Positions 1-64,000 of a stretch of DNA of 64,000 bases are shown here, one piece after another. The notes below the pieces were generated by a model that saw nothing but the letters and a program-made list of their open reading frames with translations, had not been told where the DNA came from and did not search any database. A program made the translations under genes and the position numbers. Location: assembly GCF_009914755.1 (NCBI RefSeq), contig NC_060926.1; one strand, given 5' to 3'. The DNA is from the human T2T-CHM13v2.0 reference genome, Homo sapiens. Position 1 is the first letter of the stretch; every line of letters begins with the position of its first letter.

Positions 1-850
<850 letters not shown>

Positions 851-1156
851 ACTTTAATGTCTTTGTGGAACAAAAATCGTAAAAGATCTGCAGAAAGTCA
901 CAGGATGATACAATTGGTAAAAACTCCTGACATTCTGTACAGTGAACCACTTAATCTCTACTTAATCATCAGATCTCGTAGTAATTATTCATTTGGTTAA
1001 GGCTTTACTTTTTCTGTTCTTTCTAATCCTAACATTTAATTTTGGTTCTCAGAATAGACCAAGTGGAAATTAGATAGAAATGTTGACATGTAGCAGTTAC
1101 CCTACAATATTGAGCCGTTTGCATTTTACTAGATGCCCAATAGTAGTGTTCCTCAC

Positions 1157-1160
<4 letters not shown>

Positions 1161-1196
<36 letters not shown>
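1161..1196. repeat. (AC)18 microsatellite
   Basis: Direct reading. Confidence 0.97.
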
Positions 1197-1199
<3 letters not shown>

Positions 1200-1549
1200 A
1201 TTAATGTATGAAAACCGAATTTGTAATCCAGAGCTATTTACATTTTTAAAGAGCTACCTCCTGGTAAAGACACTTCAGGTCCTTACCCAAAGACCTTGGT
1301 CTAAAAGATACTTTCGGTGTCCCTCATCATGCGATCTTTCCGCTCTACCTAAGCGGTGTACCAAATGATCTGCACCAAGAACAATTTCATCCATTCTTTA
1401 ATCTTTTATCTCCTGTATATCCCCCTTTCTTCTGGACTCAGGGTTGGTCACCTAAGATCAGGCTCCTAGGATCTGGTTGCTAAGAGACAAGACGCTGGGA
1501 GGGTGGGGACGCTGCACTGCGACAAGCCTGGGAGTGTATGCCAGAGGAG

Positions 1550-2310
1550 GAAGGAGAAGCAGCAGGCAAGGCAAGGCGACAGTCAGCCGCCGCCGCCCCT
1601 CCGGTGCCCTCCCGCCCGGCAGGGGCTCGGCGCTCATTGGCTCCGCCGCTGCGGCGCTGGCCCGCGATTGGCCGGGCGGCGTCGGCTCGGCGGCTCCCCC
1701 ACCCCTCGGCGCTAGTCTCCGCAGCCGCCTGCAAGCGGGCGGGGGCGGGGTGTGAGGCGCTGCGGACGGGGTTGCGGGCTCGGTAGCGGCAGCTTCAGGG
1801 CGCGAGCGCGGGCGGTGCCGACCACTGCAGGTAACAGAGGCGCTGCGAGGGCAGCCGCGGCCCTGTGGAGGTGAGCGAGACGCCGAGGGGGCTCGGGTGC
1901 CCACCGCGGGGCGGGAAGTGCGGCATGGGGCGGTACCGCTCACAGCCAGCCGGCTCCCGCCGCGGCTTCCCACCCCGGGCGGGGTCCCACTTGCCCAAAC
2001 GCCCCCGAACGCCCCCGTGCACAGCCTCAGCCGGCCGCGCCTCGAGCAGCCAGCTGGCCCGCGTCCCGTCACCCGCCCGGTCCATGTCCCTGCAGACCGT
2101 CCCGCCCGCGCACAGCGGCGGGAACCCCAGCTTCTGCGCGCCCGGCCGCGCCCCGGGCCTCTGCCCCGCCTCGCTCCCGCTGCCCGGCGCCTTTGTCCGC
2201 TCTGCGCCCCTGGAGTTTCTGTGCCTCCACGGGCGGGAGCGGGGCGCGAAGGTCTGGGGGTGCCCCGAGGACGCGCCGCGTAGTGAGCCTCCGGGCCCAA
2301 GGTTTGACTG
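1550..2310. promoter_or_regulatory. SANBR: CpG island promoter of SANBR
   Basis: Sharp GC- and CpG-rich block in AT-rich flanks. Reverse CCAAT boxes (ATTGG at 1636-1640 and 1667-1671), GC boxes GGGCGGGGGCGGGG at ~1737-1750, ETS-like GGAAGTG at ~1914-1920. No TATA box seen. Confidence 0.9.
1750..1830 (+). other. SANBR: Non-coding exon 1 (5'UTR); start approximate
   Basis: Donor CAG|GTAACA at 1830/1831 just downstream of the CCAAT/GC boxes. The TSS cannot be fixed from sequence alone. Confidence 0.7.
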
Positions 2311-3297
2311 GCTTTGACCTCATGCCGGTTCTGGGATGTGATTTTACTTTCTCCTCCAGCTGACTCCGATCTCCTGTGTGTGCAGAAGTCAGGAAGCCTG
2401 GGTACAAGGCTTCTTCCCGGTCCGGGATGACTCGGTGTTACCGCCGCCCTCTGTTAGGCCAGAGGCCTTTGACCTGCCTGCCTGCCTGCCCCACGGGGCC
2501 CCCTCTCTTCCCATCTTTCCACTGGCTAAGGGAAAACGTCTCTGTCTCCAAGAGCTTTTTTTTCTATTTGAAATAAGAAAAAAATATATCAGATTCCTGT
2601 TGTAGACCTCTATCTGGTGTGGAAGTGACTTAGACTAGTCTTCTTAATTAATACATGTATATTAAATACATAAACCAAGAGAAGGGGGTCGGGGAGGGGA
2701 GGGGAAGTATGTTCTTAAAAAATGAAGTCTGTTAAACATATTGGATTTTTATTTTTGGTAAATAACGTATTTTACCTTAAATATTGTCAAGATTTTGATA
2801 TTTTATGAATGGGAGTGGATTTCATAGTAATTTGAACTTTGAGCTTTTTCTTGTCACCGTTTTTGATAAATTTATACTTTCCTGAATGAGGTGCACTATA
2901 ACAGCTATTTCGAGATAATTTATGTTTTATTAAGGATTATCCATCAATGCTATGCCTTTTATACTTAAATTCAGACTCTGATTTCTTGGACATTCATTTA
3001 ACTAGAATTAATGCTGGGGGGTCTTCCCTTGCCTAGTACAGTTGTATAAAGAGAAAGTCAACAGAAAAACTTTTTTCTCATTTGGATGATTTAAAGTACT
3101 CTTAAACATGTATAGCATAAATTAGTATCACATTTGAAATGTAAGCTTTTAAGTGTTTGACGTGGGTAATATTTTTGAACTTTTAAATGAATCTTTTTGG
3201 AAGTGAAGAGAAATGAGCTCTCAGGGAAGATCCTTGCCCTGAATTCCATTTTAGATTGCTTTCTACCAAGGCCCAAACAAATTATAATAAAACGCCC

Positions 3298-3721
<424 letters not shown>

Positions 3722-4269
3722 TCAAAACTAAATTGATTAATCCAGCAGGACATGATCCCCATCCATCTTTGCACATCCCCATCTATACTTAAATGTTTAA
3801 ATGAGTTGTGGACCTGCAGTTTGGAGTGAGTTCCAAAGGATACATTAAATGTCTCTTAAGGTTTTGTGACCTTCTCGTTAATTCAGTAAACATTTTGGCA
3901 GTATCTGCCTTGCTGGTCACACTTTTGGGGAATCAAAGATAGAAGGCCCAGCCCATCAAAGAAATCATAATCCAGCGAGTTAAAGAGAGAAATAAACAGA
4001 AATTTCTCAGGGCCCTTCCAAGGTTCTTCCAAGACTTTTTTCAAGTCTTCTTTCCCCATGTTTTCATCAAACTCAGCCTGGGACATGCAAAAGGGCATTA
4101 CTTTTCAGATTCACTCACTTTTTTCATCTTACTTTGAGATGACCAACTCTTTAAAAAACAATGAAGTTCTGTAAAATATGTTTCCAACTGGGCACAAGGC
4201 AGTGCTTTACAGTTATTAAACTAATTCTTGGAAATTTTTGTGCCAATAATGGCCAAAGTGGAGAGGAGA

Positions 4270-5910
4270 AAAATAATAGTAATAATTTATTTATTTTATG
4301 AGCACCTTTTGTATGCCAGACAGTGTGCGGGTGCTTTATACATAGTATTATTTAATCCTCACCGTAACTCCAAAGGTTAGGTATTGTTTTCCTTACAGTA
4401 TAGCTGAGACCATTGGAGCCATAGGTTGCACACTGCTAGAAGTGGTAAAGCTGGGTAAGAATCTGTAGCTGACTCTTTCTAGTCATTTTGTTGGTGGCAT
4501 ACTTCATTGGAATGTTACTGTCTCTCCTTTTATCTGTCACATTAATCTTTTTGAATCTGTTTAATCTGAGGATCTCTGGAGTGGTAGTGCTGCTACACAC
4601 ATTATGTAGTCCTCACTCTTTGCCAGGTAGCACTTTCCATATATCCTCAGAAGTATGTAAGCTAGCTACTATTATTATCTTTGTTTTACAGATGAGGAAA
4701 TTGAGGCACAGAGATTAACTAATCTGAACCAGATAATGCCATAAGTAGTAGAACTGCGATGCAAACTTGGACAGTCTGACTCCAGAGTCTGCACACTTAA
4801 CCACTCCACTATTCTGGCCTTCTACAAGGTACATCTTTGGTTGGTAGGAAGCTGTGATTTTAGTGTGCTAAATGTTTTTCTGTTTTTGTTTCCTTTTAAT
4901 GTTCATTCAAATACATGTAGGATAACTTTATGTTGTCTACCAGCTGATGTCCTCTACCAGTGTCTTATGTAAACAATGACATAGTACTAATTATAATTAA
5001 CATTTATTGAGAGCGTACCACATTCACGACCCCTGTGCTGTGTTTTAAATATTCCACATAACCCTCAGCACAATCTAAATACTATTATTTATGCAGCATC
5101 TCATTTGTGAGATACTTATATCATCTTCAAAGTGCTTTCACAAAATAATCCCTTTATTTCTTTCCACGCTGTCAGTCAGAGGTATGACCATCACCTACTT
5201 GTGTTGCTGCATTTCAGCAAGGTTCGATGACTTGCCTTGGCTAGCAGGTAGTAGAGCCAAAACTCAAATCAGAGATTCAGACTCCTGTGTACGCTGCCTT
5301 TTCCATTGTACTGGTCTGTCAGCGAATCTCTGCTTTGTACTCTCGTCCTAAAATAGATCATTTTTGTCCATAGGAGCAGTTTATGTTTGGAGATTGTATT
5401 CCCAACCCAGAATCAAGTGTCAGCTGAATCATAGATATAACTAGTCAAAACTTTTGTCATTATTTTCATCTGTAAATTAATGTTCCCACTTTAGATGCAG
5501 TGCCTGGCACACAGTGATGGCTCAGTAAATGTTTGAATAAAGTAAGAAGTATCTCGTACACATTGATATAAAAAAGTTCCTCAAATGTTTTATGTTTGAA
5601 TGCATAGTTTCTTTTCTATTTGATATCATAACCCTCTCCCCACACCTCACAAACAGAAGCTTTCAAAATTACTTAATTGAATCATAACTAACTTCAAAAT
5701 ATATTAGACTCTGTCCCTACTGACCCTAAACCATTATTTTCAATCTGCTGTCTTAGCCCATAGTATACGTCTTGTGTGGAATGGAAAGAGCATGGATTTG
5801 AGAATCATTTTTACTTGGTTTGAATCCTTGCTCTGCCTCTTCTTAGCGCTGTGATCTTGTAAAAATTACTTAACATCTCTGAACCTCATCTTGTAAAATT
5901 GGGGACTCTG
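4270..5910. mobile_element. Cluster of MIR/L2 fragments
   Basis: MIR core 'tttacagatgaggaaattgaggcacagaga', 'ttacttaacatctctgaacctc'; L2 3' end 'gtgcctggcacacagtgatggctcagtaaatgtttgaat'. Confidence 0.75.
4692..4828 (+). other. SANBR: Candidate non-coding 5'UTR exon derived from a MIR
   Basis: Acceptor ttgttttacag|ATGAGG (MIR core) and donor AAG|gtacat. Lies between exon 1 and the first coding exon. Inferred only. Confidence 0.45.
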
Positions 5911-6184
5911 TCTCTAAAGAAAAAAAGATAAAAAATATTTTAGGCTTTTTATCGTATATTTATTCATCTCTTCATCTTTTTATACATCCATTTATCAATG
6001 CATAATATTCAAATCCTTTTTTGTGAAGAGATTTAGGCTATACTATGTTTATTTTAGGTCAGTTTTACTTTTCCTTTACATGGTAGCAGATAATTATTAG
6101 GAATGAATTATAACTGATCTGTAATGTTCTGAAAACATTTGGATTTCGGGTTTAAATAAAGCTTTTTGTCTTCCCTATCCCTAG

Positions 6185-58003
<51,819 letters not shown>

Positions 58004-59640
58004 AGTACCTTAAAATATAAGTAAAAAGAGAGAAGGCACTCTTCTGGACATCTGAAATTGCTCACTTCTTGAAGATCTTCAGAACAATGACTTCCAACTG
58101 TTTTATGTTATTATTATTTTAATCCACATAAATCATAATTCTAAAAGAAATACATAGTTAGGTTTTATGAAAATCTAATTGTAAATATGAAACTTTTTAA
58201 ATCTGATTTTCTTCTAATATCATTCTAGGCTATGTAGAAAGCAATTATTTACAAATTTGCATAGTTGAGACTCCCAGTGTTTTCCTTTATTTATTTGAAA
58301 AAGAAAGGCCTAAACTGTCAGGTAGCCAAGTTTTTTTAAGACCTTAAAAGTTAGGGGAACACAACTGGTAGTGTTACCATGCATGGCACTGATTGTAGTA
58401 TGTCTTTGGAGCTGTAAATCTTGAGATAGCATTGAGAACTGCAGGTTGTGTGACGAAATTCCCAATGATGCTAATTTTAAGTCTGCATGAATATTAAGGA
58501 GTGACAGGTCTCAAGACTGCATTAAATGAAGTTTCAGGGTAAGGTATTTCAGTACTGTGTTGGGCAGAAGGGTTAATTTTTTTCAGCATTATATCGTGGA
58601 AAGTACAATGTTAATCCAACTTTTTTTTCTTTCAGTTTTTAATGCTTATCTATTGATCATCTGAGCTGGAATTACTGATTATTACTCTGTCCTCTGTGAA
58701 ACTAGTGGCATTCTGAATTTGGTAAAATAACCATTGATAGTTTTAGGATAGTAAATCATTTCTGTTATATGAGACACCCACTGTACAGTTCTCAGGGCTC
58801 TAAAACCCAACCATATTTCTGTAACCATTCAAATAACTCCTTGAAACAGTTATACTTGCTAGTTCGGTCTAAAATTTTCCAAATACATTAGATAGGTGAA
58901 AATTTGCATATATTCAAGAAAAATCAAAATAAAATTCTATTTTATAAATCATGTTTAAATTTTTCTAGCCAGGCAGAAAGAGTGCTCAGGGAAAATTTGT
59001 TCCAAACTATAACCATATAATAAATTATGTGTTTGTAAATTATATGTAGGTCTCTGAAAAACTTTAAGATGCACTGTTTCTATTTTTTTAAGTCTTAATT
59101 TGCCTTATAACTGACATTTCTTCAAATTATTCAGAGAACAGACTTTAATAATGTGTGACAAAAGAGCAATTTCCATTGAAATATTGAAGTGTTACACTCA
59201 GTTTACACGTACAGAAATCATTCTTTTTAGTGAGTCTTTTAGTTGATAAATGAAGCTAGATGTTATTTGATAACTGGCTTTGCCAAGGTTTTTGAACTGC
59301 TGTTTAGAAATTTTGTTCCCATTTATATTTGTTTCAATTGTTTGATACTGTGGAAATAGACTTTTATTTTCGAAAGAAAATGTCTTGTAGTACATATTAT
59401 ATGTAAGTACTCTGTTAAATACCAGAGTTTTTTTTGTAGTTTACTGTGTTTTCTGATTAAAGGATTTGGATTTGTACATGTAAACAGTGCTGTAATGGTC
59501 ACGACTAGATAAGGAAAAAATATATATGCTCTTTTGATTTTTAACTGATGGTAAAAAGGCAAACTGCTTCTCCCCTGGGAGGCCTATACCACTGAATTAA
59601 TTTTTACAAACCAGAGTTTATCAGAATTTGATTCTCTTCA

Positions 59641-59985
<345 letters not shown>

Positions 59986-60101
59986 TTATACATAGCACTG
60001 GTACCGCAAACATTTTACTTAAACTCTTAATAGCATTTCTTTCGCCAGATACTTTAATATTTCACCTTACATTAATCCTGGATTCACATTTCTTTAATTG
60101 A

Positions 60102-60107
60102 AATAAA
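60102..60107 (+). terminator. Polyadenylation signal AATAAA (distal); weaker candidates AATAAA 58928 and ATTAAA 59456
   Basis: AATAAA followed ~15-25 nt later by the GU-rich AGTTGTTTGG. Confidence 0.7.
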
Positions 60108-60224
60108 TGTTAATGACAAAAGTTGTTTGGAAAGTCTCTTTATCTGAATTATTCCATCTTCTCAGAAAAAAAGTCTGGAGTAGCTCTAGATTCCACAGGT
60201 TTTCATGGAAAATTATCTCTGCTA

Positions 60225-60561
<337 letters not shown>

Positions 60562-61739
60562 TTATTTTAAATGAGGTTATGCTGGTAAAGATTTACTAAA
60601 CATTTAAGGGTTAAAATATTTCAGAAAAGATGATCTGATAACAATGCTGATTGTACACAATTGCATTTATTTGTTACTTTCCTTCTTCACAATACTCAGC
60701 CAGGTACTGTGAGATGTGCTTATTGCTTTGGAAGCTGAGGCTGAAGCTCTGTCAAGCTTGTCTACTAAAGGCACGTTATAATATAAAAAGAAACCAAAAA
60801 AAATGTATTTTGTGTTTAATTCCTGGAATTAATTCTGCAGCCAACCTTCAGCTATTCACTGAGCAACTATGTCACACTTCTCAGGACTGGGATAGCTAGC
60901 CAGTTTAATTCTAATAGGCTAACTCTCTTTCTCCTATTTAAAGCTGATCTATTGGGGAAGATGGTACAAGAATAATATTATTCCACCCTTATAAGATTTT
61001 GGGGCAATTAAATAAGTTAATAGATCTAAAACAACTAGCACAGTACTTTCTGGCCTATAGTAAGCCCTCCATAAATGTTTGCTATTATTGTTGCATTGTT
61101 ATGTTAACATGTGGAAGGTAGCCTAAATTCTTTGAGAGTTTCATATCCCTTTTCCTGTAACTTGAGTTAAGACTGTGTATGTGTGTGCGTATATGTATTT
61201 AGTGCAAGAAAGGAGGCACCTAATACTTTTCGTGGTTTCTATGGCATCATTTGAAACTTACAAGCAAATCATATCAAATGTCTTATTTAGGCAAAGTAAG
61301 TGGCATTTGTAGAAAGAGCTAGGTAAAGAATACTGTTTCCTGATACGTGGTAGGGAACTATGTGGTAGGGAGCTATGCTGTTTTCAAAGAGGCTTCAACT
61401 GAAGGACAGTAAGTGAAGGCCATAGCAAAGTCTAACAGCAGCTCTCTTTCTAAGATGTATCTTTCCTTGAGAAAATATAGCCAGTTTGCTTCTTACTATT
61501 TGTTCATGAACACAGCCAATTCTTACCAAACTGAAGGTGATGGTCCTAGTAGTTGCTATTTGTTGAATGCTTTGGTTATGCTAAAGATCATGCTCCTGAT
61601 ACATTCCTTATCTCCTTTAGCCTCACAACGCCCGCCCCCGCCACCAAATTGGGCATTATCCTCATTTTACAGGTGGAAGAGAACATTCAGCGAGGCATAG
61701 TAAACTACATACTGGGGTTGGAATCTGGGTCTATCAATA

Positions 61740-63050
<1,311 letters not shown>

Positions 63051-63524
63051 TAAAAACCTTTCCTCTGGAGTTCATATTTTTGGGTGGTATCTCCAATATC
63101 TGGACTGTCCCCAGCCCGGCATCATTTTAATCTGCACCTGTTGGAGTTTCAGCAGATAGAGGCCTTGTCACAAATACCTTGTCATGGGTTCTCAAGATCA
63201 GTTTGTCTGTCACCCTATGGAAAGATACACTAGATTAGTTTGATGTAGGCATGAGTCCAGGTGAATTCTGCTGAAATCTGGGTAGCTTCAAGTTCTGAGC
63301 AGACTAGAAAGTTAAATAAGCTGACCTGATGGCCACCCTTTTATCTCAACAGTATATTAAACATGAACACTTGGATAAGTAACCACTGCAGCGTTTTATG
63401 GGGAAGATGCTATGGAATTATGAGCATCTCATAAGCTCACCAAAGTGATTAGGTAACTGTTTTCCATCCTTATATTTTTCCCACCTTTTCCCCACTTTTT
63501 TCTTTGTCTAAAAATAACATTATA

Positions 63525-63828
63525 AACAGAAAAAAAGAATGAAGAAAAATGAACAGAGCCTCAGAAAAATATGAGACATCATTAAGCTCGCTAACATACA
63601 TCTAATGGAAGTTCCAAAAGGAGAGGAGAGAGAGAAAGGAAGATAAAAAAATGTTTAAAGAAATAGGGGCTGAAGACTTTCCAAATCTGATGAAAAACTT
63701 TATACATCCAAGAAGCTCAACAAACTCTAAGAGGTTAAATGCAAAGAAATCCACAAACACACATTATAGTAAAAAATGTGCAAGGACAAGGAGAAAAGCT
63801 TGAAGAAGCAAGAGAAAAATCCTTACTT
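63525..63828 (+). mobile_element. L1 ORF1 fragment, followed by an Alu (63830-64000)
   Basis: Translates to KRMKKNEQSLRKI*DIIKLANIHLMEVPKGEEREKG...EDFPNLMKN, typical L1M ORF1p. Confidence 0.85.
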
Positions 63829-64000
63829 ATGGCCCAGCACAGTGGCTCACGCCTGTAATCCCAGCACTTTGGGAGGCTGAGGTGGGCGGATCATGAGGTC
63901 AGGAGATTGAGACCATCCTGGCTAACACGGTGAAACCCTGTCTCTACTAAAAATACAAAAAATTAGCCGGGCATGGTGGCATGCACCTGTAGTCCCAGCT

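Noticed and set aside
1458-2300. 280-aa minus-strand ORF and overlapping ORFs in the CpG island
   Set aside because: Arg/Gly/Pro/Ala-rich ORFs open in several frames are expected from stop-codon scarcity in GC-rich DNA; no domain signal.
3883-4098. 71-aa minus ORF in unique intronic sequence
   Set aside because: Non-ATG start, no recognisable homology, no supporting splice or promoter signals.

Overview
Human/primate genomic DNA, very Alu-dense, holding one complete + strand protein-coding gene, SANBR (KIAA1841; SANT and BTB domain regulator of class-switch recombination). It has a CpG-island promoter (~1.55-2.3 kb), a non-coding first exon ending at 1830 and a probable MIR-derived 5'UTR exon. 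Twenty coding exons, assembled by hand from GT-AG junctions, give a 2157-nt ORF (718 aa + stop, 6194..58003), followed by a ~2.1 kb 3'UTR ending near AATAAA at 60102. The introns carry many Alus, old L1/L2/MIR fragments, a Charlie1 hAT transposon, a Tigger-like element and an LTR22-like solo LTR. Almost all ORFs in the supplied track are Alu, L1 or GC-rich artefacts. The most notable observations are: (1) a 1.1 kb TSD-flanked antisense retro-insertion made of a FLAM monomer plus ~950 bp of unique cargo, whose edge forms a near-perfect cryptic 3' splice site; (2) a CHORD-like Cys/His zinc motif in SANBR; (3) a predicted 284-nt circRNA whose ORF runs once round the circle and stops on its own start codon; (4) a ~311-bp tandem duplication seeded at a palindrome; (5) a RUNX-site microrepeat/hairpin. 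No prokaryote-type systems are present. Repeat family names and boundaries were called by eye and are approximate.
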